From the NCBI RefSeq assembly GCF_009834535.1, contig NC_045732.1, forward strand, positions 29,512,001-29,576,000: a stretch of DNA of 64,000 nt, given 5' to 3'. Origin of the DNA: Camelus ferus. Its lineage: Eukaryota. The position numbers and the translations under genes were made by a program. Positions 50,886 through 63,860 of this stretch are shown here, piece after piece. Within the stretch, counting starts at the first letter, position 1. Each line of letters begins with the position of its first letter. The notes beneath the pieces were generated by a model, which was given only the letters and a program-made list of their open reading frames with translations, was not told where the DNA came from and did not search any database.

Positions 50886-53800
50886 ATACATGTATGCTTG
50901 CATCAGAAGACTATTCGACCATACTCCCTTCTAATTACTGGCAGCTAACATTTTTTGGGTTGTTATTGTTTTATATGCAAGGGCTAATGTCTAATGAGTT
51001 GTCAGTACATATGTTTCTGTTTAATTTTTTAAAACTATAAATTCCTATGAATCAAAAGCATGTGATATCAAAAATTTCCCCAACGGTGATATTTTTCATG
51101 GATCACAAATCTTCCAGAAACAATATATAAAATTAAATAAATCAGAAGTCAAGGAAATGAAGTATAGCTATTTAAAAACAGATCTGTGGAAGCACAGGGC
51201 CATGAACACCTGTGCAGGTTGGGCACTGAACAAACCAAAAATGCACCATTCACAAAGTGAACTGTATGCTTTACAACCTGAACAACTCTTTGTGGTGACC
51301 CTGAGTGGAAATAGAAGTAAAAGAAAAAGGCTATTAGTTTAATTTTTTTTTCCCAGATTCTCTCCTGATGGTGAGAAATGATTCTTATTGTACACTAGAT
51401 TTTCAATCTTTTTAATGGAGCTACTAGAATTTTAAAGCCAGAGAGTATCTTAAATGTCACATAGCCTAGGAATGACAAGGAGGTTTCATCTATGCACAAA
51501 CTACCCTAGTTTTCAGAAATATTCTGATGCAGCACTGATTGATTAGTGATGTCTCCCATGGGCGAATGAGGAACAAGTGGAAGACATTCACTTATTTGTT
51601 TTCCCTGATCTAGTTCATCCTTTTACTTTCCAGGTGAGAAAATTAAGATCCAGAAAAGTAAGGCAGCTTATTCAAAGTTAACCTCAGTGCCAGAGCAGAA
51701 CCCAGTTTTTTTTTTGTTTTGTTTTTTGTTTTTTTACTTTCAGCCCATGTCGCTTCTTTGACACCTGGTCTCTAGATTCCTTACTGAGATAAATTATAAA
51801 TCCGAGCCCTGTGATTTACTACCTTTCAAATTTTAACTTATTTTCAAGGTTAACTTCCTGCCTTGGGTCGCAAGCATAAATAAATCTAGATTTGCCATCT
51901 GAGAACACAGCATGATCACAGGAAATAGTCTTCAACGTCGTAGAACTATCACATAAAATATAGTGACAGGTGCACCCCCTAAAAGGCCAGTGTTACAAGT
52001 AGTAGGGGCCATTGTCAGTCAGGTTAAGCACTGCAGGAGGAAGAGGAATTATGAGTGGGACAACAGAGATATCATCTGTAATATTGTTATAAGCCCTATT
52101 TGGCTTGAATCTACACAAATGGTGGCAGAATACTTGCAAAGCCTTTTGTCTCAGTGTGAAGAGGTAAAGAACAGGATTAAATGTCTTTTAATCCCCTAGA
52201 CGTGGAGCTAGGCCCTACTAGGGATATAGTGGTAAAGAGGACAGACGTGATCCCTATCTTTGTGGTTGTTACACTTAAGCGGAGAAGTCAGGCACTGAAC
52301 AATGATGTGAGCATTTCAAAATAGGAAGTACAAGGAACTTATTGGTGGTGGTGGGGTGGTGGTGGTACCCAGATAATCCTGAATTTTTGGCAACTGTGAC
52401 TCAGACACAGATTCTAGAGATCACTTTGTGATAACTTTCTATAGCCATTCTGTGTCCAAAATGGATATTCAGACTAGACACTAGATTGTTATGGAAAAGT
52501 TATAAATTTAATGTTCATAAATTGCCACTTAAAAATAAGTGAATACAAACAGGGAAGACAAATTTAAATTGAGTCATAATCACTTACCTCTGAATAAACA
52601 CTGGTTATAAAAAAATACAGACCCTTAAGTCATTCTGTCCTCTGATGTCTGAAAGATGCTCATCACTATGCACTAGATGCTTTTCCACTTGCTTTGCAAA
52701 TCAGTTTAAACCTACCTAGTAATCAGGAGTCATTATTTTTATTCACTTGGAAAGCCAGAAGTACCTTTTCTAACTGAGATTTTGAAGGAAAAGTAAAACA
52801 TTTATTGGGAGATTTTATGGGTCTTTTAATGCATGCTTTTATAAACAGGAAATGATTTATGACTTATCAAAAGGTATGCTTCTGAGTCTCTTACCTAATC
52901 TCTAAACCCAGCTGACTTTCCCCATTTCTCTAACACTGATCATAGCGAGAGGACACATTCTTGATTAGCCAAGAGACACTGCTGCTCATACACCAAACCT
53001 ATATTTGACTCAGGGTTAGGGGATTGTGAAATAACCCAAATGCAGCAGTTCCAGATGAAAATTGCCCTGAGGATTTTCTACTCTGAAAAGTAGAAGGAAA
53101 CTGAGTAGTTCTCATAATTCCATAAAACTCAGAAATTCTTCTTGGGCAATAACATATGGCCTACAAAATAGCATGTGTACAATATTTACATATTAAAAAA
53201 ACAAAAGGGTTGCTGGTGTAAATTAGAACACTACTAAACTGCTGATCCTGGAAAATTGAAAAATGATTTTAATATCTAAAATTGTTTCTGCCTAGACAGA
53301 AGTAAGAGAAATATCATTAAGTGATACAAAACTCAGCTCTCTGGAGGGTGGGGTATGAAGCGGGTGAGGATCTCTCCTTTTTGATATAACTACTGACAAT
53401 TTTCTGCATCATCATTGATTAATGTATTCAATAAGCATTGATTACAAATTACAGTTCTATTTTGAAGCCATTTTACAGTCGTATCTTTGGAGGAATGTTT
53501 GACTTAGCAGTTAGCCTATCCTAAGATAGATATGAAAAGTAAAGAGCTAAAAGTATTTTTTATGAAGTAAAAAGACAATGATTGACAAGATATGGGCATG
53601 ATGAAGAAAGTTGTCACCAAATTCTTCGAGCTGCAGAGTCTCAAATGTTACCTTGAATGCAAATATAAACAGTGAACCAACAAGTATTTTCTTTGTGACC
53701 ATATCAAGGTATATTTTAGACCAGTAATGAAAGGAGTAAAGCAGGAACAGAACTGAAAATTTGATTAGGCTGAAGAAATCAAGCATATACCTAAACTTAG

Positions 53801-54879
53801 CAGAAAACAGGTCAAGTTTCAAAAGAAATTGGGAAGTCTGGGTGACCCTTAAAAGTCTATACAAGAAGAAAACTGAGAGAAGTCAGTTGGTTAATGTGGT
53901 TAGAGTCAAGTAGATTCTAAAATTCTAACCATGCAGGTTTTTGGATTCCCAAAGATAGAGGGTTAGCAAGAGGAGTTCTGATGTATCCAAAGCTATGAAA
54001 ATTGAATTCTGATTTCAAGGCAAGAGCCTTGTATACTGCTGGGTAAATAGGCAAGGGTTTCCAGAAGGAAGGTCAGGGCTCGGTGGCTCTTCATCTCCAG
54101 AAATCTCGATGTGCCTTACTCTTGGAATGAAAAAGGGCTAAATCTTCTCAGGGCTCTAAGAACTCTTGCTCTGTATAATGGAAAAAAGAATACATCTTCA
54201 AGAGATTTTGCAAAATATGGTGGTTCCATTGAATCAAATCCAAGACCAAAGTCAAAGGTCATAGTCAGACCCAGCATCAGGCCAAGAGCCTTCAGCTCCG
54301 AGCCCCTTCCCTTTCACGCCCACACCAGTTCTAACCAGCCAGGCAACTCAGCTGAAGCTCGCTCAGGACCAGTGTGAAAGAGATGTGAGACGAACGTTGT
54401 TGCTGCCATTCTGGTAACTGGTGTGAGAGCTCTAGACTTCATCATGATTATTATAATTCCTTCTGCTTTCTGTGACTTCTTTCTGATACTTGTTTCAGGT
54501 TAAGAACCATATTTCTTTCTACTACATTTCTGAAATCATTTTCCTTATGCTGTTTCTTCACAGAAATGATACATTTCCCTCAACACAGTTTTTGAAAATA
54601 TCAGGTGAAAAAACTACCGTGTGCTATCTGTAGTAATTACTCTTTCCCTTGCCTTAGAAAAAGCATTCCACGGGAAAAAAATGACAAATACTATAAAAGT
54701 TGTGAAAATGGGCACTTATCGTTTCTGACAAGGTTTTGTTAGCCCCTGTCTGCTCTGGACTTTACCAGCCATAGATGCTAAAGACCCACGGGCTGAAAGA
54801 TCAGCCCTTTTCAGCTCTAAATCAATGAACTCAACGCAGTGTCTCAGGACATGGGTGCCCACTCAGACAGGATCTGAGA

Positions 54880-55030
54880 TTCACTTGAGCACTCACTATG
54901 TGTCAGCTACTGTCCTCAATGAGTTCCATGTATTAATTCACTTAATTCTCCTACCAACCCTATGAGGTTTGCACTATTATTTCCACTGTGCATGTAAAGA
55001 AATCAAGGTATAGAGAGGTCACCGAGCAAG
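54880..55030 (-). mobile_element. MIR
   Basis: ttcacttaattctcctaccaaccctatgaggtttgcactattatttccactgtgcatgtaaagaaatcaagg. Confidence 0.75.
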
Positions 55031-55599
55031 ACGTAGCACTCAAGATACAGCAAGTCATCACTCTTTGCCTGACCTGGTTTCTTTACAGCTGCTGTTCCTG
55101 AAGTAATGACTGCGTCTAATCCTGGGTGAATAAAAATCAACCAAATATGAGAAGCCCCAGGCCCACCAGCAGATTTTTACTCCTGTATTAATTATTTTCC
55201 TGAGTCTTGTAACATCAAAAACAGTAGTGACAGCAGCACTACCAGCAAACATTTATTGAGCACCCACTGGTGCCATGCCACACACCCATTATCAGGTGCT
55301 TTCCACGGGTTACATCTATTTAATCTCCCTATCCAGTGGGTCTGAGCTGAGCTTCCTTGGGCTGGAACCTCTCTCTTTAGCTACCACTTAGGTCCTCAGG
55401 CATTTAGGCTGGACTGCTCTGGTGGTGGTTTATACCTCAGGGCCCATCTTGAGTGGAAGTTAGAACTTGGCTCTGAACTCTGGGTACCTGACTACATTTT
55501 GCCAATTTTCTCTCCCTAAGGAACTGGACCCTAGTTGTGCAATAGGGATTGCTTCTCTCTGGATAAAACCTACCTTTCCCTCCCTTCCCAAACCAAAAA

Positions 55600-56598
55600 T
55601 TCTGTAACAGAAGGTAATTAATATCTATTTGGGGGGAGGGTGCTGACACCCTCCTTTTAGTTATTCAGATCCTAGTTATTAGACCTAAGTTTACAACATC
55701 CTTTTAGCTACTGTCATTGGGCTAGCTGATCCCTCTCCTTGGGGACATGCCACATAACAGCCAGGACAGTCCCTCTAGCCTTCTCTCTCTACCAGTTAGC
55801 TGTTGCAGCCATCATGTTTCTTGTCAGAGCCAATGTGGCTCACACGTCACCTACAGGTGCAATAGTTCCCTATCTACCACATAGACTACAAGATACCTGC
55901 AGGCAGGGGCCTGGTCTTAGCTTCATATCTCTAACATTCCCCCAGTGCCTAGCACATAGAACCTTCCTAATACTCATTTGCTAAAAGCATGAATAAATGA
56001 ATGAATGGATATTGAAAGGTACCAATTTTCATTTTCCCATCTCACTGTTAAAAATCAAGGAGGTAACTCAAATTTCTAGTGAAAATAAAACATACCAATT
56101 CTAGTTGATAAACTGACAGAAAAATTTACACTGCAGGTTATATTTTTACAGTAAAAATTTCCATCACATAATTGGAATTAGTTTATTCCAAGATAGTAGA
56201 AATATACTGGTGTAGGATGAGATGAAGGGGATTTAAAGAACATAATGAAAAGGAAAACATTACAATATGGTTAATATAGCCTAACCCTGGGAAGATTAAT
56301 AGCTTTCAATTCATACAAAGGCTGAAATCTACAATTTGACATATACATGGCATTATTAAAAGTGAAGGCTGATTATAATGAAATGCTACCACCATGCACA
56401 AATTACCATGGTGTGTAAATTAGATAAACCAACAGTGTGGCAATAGTTGGAGCAAATTCCTTTAAATGGAATTCCATAGGATAGTTTTTTAGTTCCAAAA
56501 TGGTCAAATCACACAATAGTTGGAGATATAATTAAAAATTATGTTCTAAAAATATTCTATAACAGAAGGTAATTAATAATCTATTTGGGGGAAGGATG
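55600..56598 (+). repeat. Pair of ~44-bp dispersed direct repeats (55600-55642 and 56555-56598)
   Basis: ttctgtaacagaaggtaattaat-atctatttggggggagggtg vs ttctataacagaaggtaattaataatctatttgggggaaggatg: 40 of 44 columns identical. Confidence 0.9.
55885..56007 (+). mobile_element. L2 3' end
   Basis: ccccagtgcctagcacatag...catgaataaatgaatgaatgg. Confidence 0.8.
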
Positions 56599-57229
56599 GA
56601 TTTTTAATGAATCAGACGTGATTCTGCAGAGAAATGCTCAATGTTGCCCTCGACTCTCTGTTGAGTTAAAAACACATCAGACAAGGGGCCTCCTGGTGCA
56701 TGGGATGGAGTCTTGTAACACATTTGCGATGCTGTGAAAGGACCAGTGAATTTCTGGAACTGTACAATAAATTGAAAGTCTTCAGTTCTGTACATTTTTA
56801 AAGCAATGAGTCATTTTCAGACTTGGGATTTTTCATTTCCTTCAAATTTGCTAAGTTATAAAAATCTCTTTTTAAAGAAACCATACTCGGAAGCGGAATA
56901 CGCGAGAGATAAAAGATAAAGGTGTTGGGGGGGTGGGGTGTTGGGAGCCTTGAAAAGAGCTCATATGACCCCCTCCTCCTATCTCCCCCTTTGGCCTCTG
57001 AGGCACCCTGCAGTACTTCTAGAATGCCTTGAAGCAGGGTTTGAAAGTCATCTGATGTGGAGCAACGCTCTCACTTTTCAGCTGTGGTAACTGAGATTTA
57101 AGAAGATAAGGGACTTTTGCAAAATCACAGAGACAAGTGAATCAGCAGAGAGAGAAGAAACCAGAGATGTTTTCCAGCAGCCAACGTCAGTGCTTTTGAC
57201 CTCGCTCTCTCACTACGCTGTCTCAGGGA

Positions 57230-57395
57230 ACAGGGCTACTCGATGGTCTGTGGATGGGCAGCATGAGCATCACCTGGGAGCCTGTGAGAAACAGAGTCTC
57301 CGGCCTTATGGCCAACCTGCTAACTCAGAATGTCTGGGGTGGAACCCAGGAATCCGCATCTTACCAAGCTCTCCAGGTGACTCTCAAGCACCCTG
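57230..57395. mobile_element. MER5A-like MITE fragment
   Basis: gcagcatgagcatcacctgggagcctgtgagaaacagagtctc...ctctccaggtgactct. Confidence 0.7.
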
Positions 57396-59662
57396 ATACC
57401 TGAGTGCCCCTCCTGCCTTGCCTTTCCTTCTGGCCCTCACTCTCTGACTCCCAAGCTCTTAAAGTAGAGGATGTTTAAATTATTAGGAGTGAAAATGTTG
57501 TCGTGAAGGAAAAGAAAACAAGTCAGGGGAGGAAAAGAGGGGAAAACTATTCCAGAGCTGTTAATCCTTCACCTTAGGCCCATTTAAATCATTCTGGAAT
57601 TTAAGTATCTTTGTTTAATGGTGGCGTTATGGAAAGGACTAATACATTCTGTTACTCTTCTTTCTTGGTACTCCAGCTTTTTTATGGGTAAACTAGAAAA
57701 TCTTTTTTTTTTTGTACAAAATGTCTTCATGGTTTTGACATACCATTTATTATATAATTCAATGTTTAAAAAGGAGGGCTAGGGCATGCAGCTATTTGGC
57801 GTACGGAAGACAACACGCACACACATGAACACACAATTAGTGAACTTTTTTTTAAAAAGTATGTCTATTACTTTGCAAAAAGATATGCTAATTAGATTTT
57901 CACAAATAAAATGTTAGATGAACTCACTAAAGAAAGACACTATTTCAAAGTAATCGCTCGTAACTTCTGCATCATGGCTCATGAAATGAGGAGGATACAA
58001 ATTACGGAAATGGTGTGATATGAGAAAACTATGCAGAAATAACATTTTCAGAAATGCAAAGAGGGAGAGCAATTAAATGCAACCTCTTGGACCCCTTCCT
58101 TATCTGTTTCTCTTAAAAAATCTGCATTTCACTCACTGACGTTTTAAAGTTAGAGTAAATGATTTTCTGAACCTTCTAAAAATCTTTTGAGTAAATTAAA
58201 GATGATCTGAAGTATCACAAAATCAAGACTGAGAGTAACTACCCTGAAGGAATAGATTATTTTAGAATGTGAAAGAATAGCCAAGGTCTATGCAAAGTTA
58301 TTTTTGCTTTGAATAGAAACCCTGAGTGCAATGTGTAAGAATATAAAGCTATTCCCAACATGTAAAAATTCTGTAGGCTTTTTCAAATGAACCCTCGAAG
58401 TATTTTAATTCTGCTACTGTGAGAACTATGTATGTGCTAGGTCTCCCAAATGGAATTCTCTATTCCCAGAACAATCTTTTCTGAAGCCACAAAAAATAAA
58501 TAGAACTCAAAGTTTTTATGCCAGATATATTCTGACTATGCCCTCTTTCATAAAACACATCACCTAGTTTTTATGTTTCTCTGCACATTAAATATTGCCA
58601 CAAAAGATGTATTTCTCCTAATTTAGCCTAAAATGCATGGTTTTTTAAAAACAATCAAAATGAAAATTGCAAACCTGAAACATGTATATCAATTCATACC
58701 TATGAAATTATGACTTAGCACACATTCCACTAGATATTTTAAAAAAGTCATTATAGGTTGTTGACTTCATAAATCTTTGACAACACATTACCTCTGAATA
58801 AGAGATTGTGTGGGGTTATAAAATATTTTCAACAAACAGCTACAGTATTTGGCTTAACACATACACCACACCAAAGGTTATGTTTGAGATTATTTTGAAT
58901 TCTCTAAACTGCTCAGCAGGCAAAAACAAGCAATGCAGCCCACTCATAGCTCGCCAGCCCCTGGCTTTGAACCATCTAAGCCATAAGTCAAGGAAGGTGA
59001 GAAAGAACATTTGCCACTTGCCAAGGTGGCATTTGAACCTCAGGAATCCCCTGGAGATACAGCCAATTGATGCCTTGGATCTCCCACCATGTTCTGCCAT
59101 CAACTCTCCACTGGCATGGCGTCCACAATGGAAATGGTCACACTTTTCATTTCAATCCTTTTATATACACCCTCCCTCTTCACATTCTCCTCCCAACTGA
59201 ATTAGCTACTGTTTCAAAGAATGGGGGCCCTGTGCTTGGGAAGGGTGGGGTATAATGACAAGCAAGTCCATTTGTTTGGAATAAAATGGTCAGAAACAGA
59301 ACAATAAACACAGAAGTCTGCTAGAACAGGCCTTTGGTCTATCAACACAAAGAGTTTTCTTCATGACTTCCTTGGACATCAGTTGCATTTAAAGATAGAG
59401 TTGCTAATTATTTCCTTTCCCCTTTACTTGTTTAATTATGCAATCGGATGTTAAAGCATTTGGCAAGTATTTGGCCCAATTTAACTATTTTATTTTGATT
59501 TTAACTGCTTCCAATTCAGACTGGAAATCTTGGTCAGTAAATAAGCCTAAAAAAGCACAGCTTTTTATTACACGGGTTATATATATACATATATGGTATA
59601 ATATTGCCAACATGTAACTATGTTCACTAAAGCCCAAAGTAACTATCTCCATGCCCATCATG

Positions 59663-60390
59663 GTATCTCAGCCGGGGTTCCCACTAAAACAAAGGAGGAT
59701 GTGGGTGCAAGTAGTTTATTTAGGAGGTGATCCTAGAAAACACTATGAGGAATAGGAAAGTGAGACAAGAAGGGGAAGAAACAATCAAGAATGCTTTATT
59801 GAGCAGATTACTGATGTGGGCAACTGGAACTTAGTGCTCCTGGGAACCCTCTGAGAGCTTCTGAACATGCCTCAAAATTATCACAGGGAGGGGAGAGAAA
59901 GCTGGGATTTTCACTCATCTGCTCTCATTCCTTATTTTTTTTTTTCATTGCTGTATAGTCAGTTTTCAATATTGTGTCAGTTTCTGGTGTACAGCATAAT
60001 GCTTCAGTCATACATGAACACATATATTCATTTTCATATTCTTTTCACCATAAGTTACTTCAAGATACTGAATATAGTTCCCTGTGCTATACAGTATGAA
60101 CCTGTTGTTTATCTATTATCTATATATCTATATCTATATCTATATCTAGTTAGTATCTGCAAATCTCGAACTCCCCATTTATCCCTTACCACTCCCTTCC
60201 CCCCTTGATAACCATAAGTTTATTTTGTATGTCTGTGATTCTGTTTCATTCCTTATTTCTTCCTAGAACTTCTGTCCTGGTCCATGTATCTATCCACCAC
60301 CCCAAAGCTAAGGGGATATAGACAGGATATCCACAGCATCTGTTCTACATGACGTTAGATGTTAGCCCCAATCTGCACCCACAACACAGT
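59663..60390. mobile_element. Old MaLR LTR (MLT1K/J-like), interrupted by an L1
   Basis: gtgggtgcaagtagtttatttaggaggtgatcctag...gatgtgggcaactggaac match the recalled MLT1K-type consensus. Confidence 0.65.
59938..60245 (-). mobile_element. 5'-truncated L1 3' end with 13-bp TSD and internal (TATATC)n expansion
   Basis: TSD tcattccttattt at 59925-59937 and 60246-60258; L1 3' UTR text similar to the 15681 and 33762 copies. Confidence 0.88.
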
Positions 60391-61269
60391 ATACAGGATC
60401 TTGTGCTCCAAATGACAGCTAAGAAAACAGATGCATGCACCGTATATACAGGATGAAAGGGTTTCCAAACTTCCGACATTTCTCTGTACATAAACTAAAT
60501 TTATCCCTCAAGTTTTAAAGTAAAATCTTACCTAAGGCTTGAGAAATGTGGCATAGAAATTCCTCAGAGTTTTAAAAGATGTGCTTTGGGTTCAATTCTG
60601 ATTGCATAAATATAAAACTATTTCAGTTTCAAGGGTTATGCTAGGGTTATTAAAGCCAAAGCAAGTCTCAAACCTCAGGGCATTTTCATAACTGGATGTT
60701 CTATATTTACAGGCAAAAGCTGCAGATGAGTAATTATAATGTGTGAGCTGAAAAAAAGAGAAATTTCCTTAAAGAAAAGTGCCAATAAAATGTGCATGTA
60801 AAGATTGGTCATTTAACAATGAAGGGCAAAAAATCCCATCACTGACATGTAATTCAAGGTCTGAGGTCCTTTTGCAATTCACATCACAAAGGACATCTTG
60901 ACGTGACATTTATATTATTCCTAGAAAACTGTACAGAGTATCCCCATGTACACCGTGAGCATCTCAGATATATTCCAGGAACAAATGCCCAAACGCTGTC
61001 CTGCATAGAGAAACTTCTGGATCCTCTTGAAAGAGCTGCTTGTTACTTCACTGATGCTGGACAGGATGAGGGGTGGATGGCAGCCAGGATGGCATTGGAG
61101 GAGGAGACAATCACTGTCTCCTTCTTTTATTAGGATGCTCAGGTCCCCTCACGGCCACCCTGCCAGCATAGTGCCTGCTCAACTGGGCTGTCCCCTCCAG
61201 GCCAGCTGCTTCCCTCAGACTCACATTCAGAATGCTCTGGTTGTGAAAATCACAGCACAAAATGAGCTT

Positions 61270-61460
61270 ATTGGGAACAAACTAAGATTTGGGCTTTGGA
61301 GCCAAAGAGACATAGGCTTGAGTCTCATCTCAGCTCTGTGACCTTTGGTGAATTTCCGGTTTGTTTCTTCACCTGCAAAATGGAGATAATAATAGTTCCC
61401 TCCCGAAAGGTTTGTTGTGATGTATGTACAGTGCTTAGTACTCAAGTATTACAAGCTTGG
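61270..61460 (+). mobile_element. MIR
   Basis: gggctttggagccaaagag...ctgtgacctttggtgaatttcc...cacctgcaaaatggagataataatag. Confidence 0.85.
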
Positions 61461-61577
61461 CTATGATGATGAGTATTATGGAAGGAAGGAGGAAAGCAAA
61501 CATAGGAGGTCCACGGGAAACTGGAACAAGGCTCAGGGAAATCTAGCAAGCAAAGAGTTCTTTCCCTTTCTCCAGAG

Positions 61578-61761
61578 CAGTGCTTTCTAAACTGTGGTCC
61601 CTGGACCAGCAATACCATCTGCGAACTTGTTAGACATGCAAATTATCAGGCTTCACTCCAGACCAAAGGAATCAGAAACTCTGGGGGTGGGGTCCAGCAG
61701 TCTGTGTTTTGACAAGCCCTCCAGGGGATTCTGGTGCATGCTCAACTTCTGAGAACCACTG
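61578..61761 (-). mobile_element. MER5A, full length
   Basis: Termini cagtgctttctaaactgtggtccctggaccagca ... tgagaaccactg. Confidence 0.88.
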
Positions 61762-62689
61762 CCCTAGCTGGAAAACAGGACGGGTAAATGATGAGCTGAG
61801 TTTAGTTCTTAAAAATGAACATCCCCTCCCTCACCGATGGTCCCCTTCTGGACATGTCTGCCATTTGAAATTTTCATTTACATTTTTCACTTATATACCA
61901 TTGAGCCCAAGGTTAGGGCCTTTTAAAGATAGAAGGAGAAAACTAGCTTCAAGGGATTATCTGTCCTCCGTCCAAACTAACTAGAAAGACTCTCCTCAGG
62001 CCATTTTGAATTTTATTCTTTGTTTTAAATATATCAGTACGTAAGAAATATGTAACACACTTCAGTGTGTTAGCAATCATCATATAATCAAGCCTATCAG
62101 AGTATCATATAATTGACATCCCACAGCCGGTACCTTTAAGGTAAAAAAGAGAGTGATAGCTGCTCTTCAAATATAATTAGAAAGCATACATGATTGTGCA
62201 ATAAAGTGTATGCATTAATATAAAGTTAGATTTCAAATCTTAAGGCTTGTAGAGTAACATTTTCTCAGCCATATATTTAATAGCTGTAAAGAAAAGACTG
62301 CTTTCTGCTGCTGAGAAATTTGATTACAGAGTTATCTTAAGTATTGTCCTTCATTTAAAATCTTAAATGATATTATTACATATGTCCTTTTGATTTCAAA
62401 TGCACACACATTTACAGAAAATGTAGTCAACTCTCCCACTTCTTCATTGCTGAAATTGCCTTCGCCAACAGTTACGCAGTGTCAAGATGGGATCAGAATG
62501 CGTGGGAGCAGGAATTTTTTGCAGTCAAGCTTTGCTAACATATGCAACTATTCACAAATTACCAATGAGACAATATATGTGTCCTAAGAAAGAGTGTGGA
62601 AAAGCTGGCTGTTAAAACTCTTTCCTTAATTCTCACCTATGCTAAAAGGAGAGACTATGAGAGTGAGAAGACCATAGTTGGGACTCAAC

Positions 62690-62845
62690 TTTGGCTACAC
62701 TGGAATCACTAGGAATAAAATTTTTTTAAAAACCCTGATATGTGGGTTTCCTCCAAAGAGTCTGGTATCATTAGTCTGGGATGCATCCTGGGCATTTTGT
62801 TTCCCAGGTGATTCTAATGGTCTTCAGAGCCACTGCCTTAGAGGC
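62690..62845. mobile_element. MER5B-like MITE fragment
   Basis: ctgggcattttgtttcccaggtgattctaatgg...agagccactg. Confidence 0.5.
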
Positions 62846-63032
62846 CTCCTCTAACCTAACCACTTCACATTACTCAAATATGACTATAATCTGTAATACC
62901 TGGTAGCTGGTGGGCACAATGACTAGTGTTGGGTTCTTGGTACTTCTGCCCAACCAGATGCTGGTCTCATCTACATTAGGATTTTCTTAAAAGAGGCAGG
63001 CCAGGCAGTGGCCCTGTGTTCCTTTCCCCATG

Positions 63033-63362
63033 TGTCTTAGTCTCTTTAGGCTGGTGTAACAAAATATCACCGACTGGATGGCTCACAAACATCAGGAATT
63101 TACGTCTCACAGTTCTGGAGGCTGGAAAGTCCAAAATCAAGGCTCCAGCATGGTCACATTTGGTGCCTTCTTGCTATGTCCTCACATGGTGGGAGGGGCT
63201 AGGGACCTCCTTGGAACCTCTTTTATAAGGCTTTAATTCCATTTATGAGGGCTCCACCCTCATGACTTAAGACCTTCCAAAGGCCCCACCAACTCAATAT
63301 GATCACATCAGACATTAGGATTGCACATCAGACACTGGAGGAGACACATTCAGATCATAACA
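63033..63362. mobile_element. MLT1A/B-type MaLR solo LTR with perfect 5-bp TSD
   Basis: Begins tgtcttagt, ends cataaca; contains cacagttctggaggctggaaagtccaaaatcaagg; TSD ccatg at 63028-63032 and 63363-63367. Confidence 0.9.
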
Positions 63363-63427
63363 CCATGTAAGGTAATATACAAAATGTGTTATCACTTTGA
63401 TACACAATGAATCAGTATTGAGCATCC

Positions 63428-63800
63428 ATTCACTCACTCCATTCAGTTATTTATTCGCTCAGGCATTAAGTAAATATTATCACATGGCAGATACATGAAA
63501 GTACAAAAAACTATAAAAAGACCTCAAGAAGCTTACTGTCTAGAGGTGAATACAAATCCATGGACAATTAAAATACCATATGACAAAGGGTAAGAGAAAT
63601 GGGTTGAGGTAGCACATTCCAGATGCAGGAGAACCAGTTGTGGATATTCAGGAGTCTCTGTATAAGCTGCTGTCTGAAAGGGGACTGCAATCTAGCCAAT
63701 CAAAGGTAAGAGAAGAGGGAAAGACTGTTCCTAAGAGAGGGAGCTATTTGCATGGAGGGGTAGAAGCAAGAAATAAAGATTCATTTGATTGTGGAATTCA
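63428..63800 (-). mobile_element. L2 fragment
   Basis: cattcactcactccattcagttatttattc...gacctcaagaagcttactgtctagagg. Confidence 0.6.
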
Positions 63801-63860
63801 GCAGAGGGGTAAGGCTTGAGGGAGAGTCACAGAAAGTGAGAGCATGAAGGGCCATGGAAG

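Noticed and set aside
53547-53864. 105-aa hydrophobic minus-strand ORF
   Set aside because: F/L/I richness is what T-rich intronic DNA yields; no recognisable domain or splice context.
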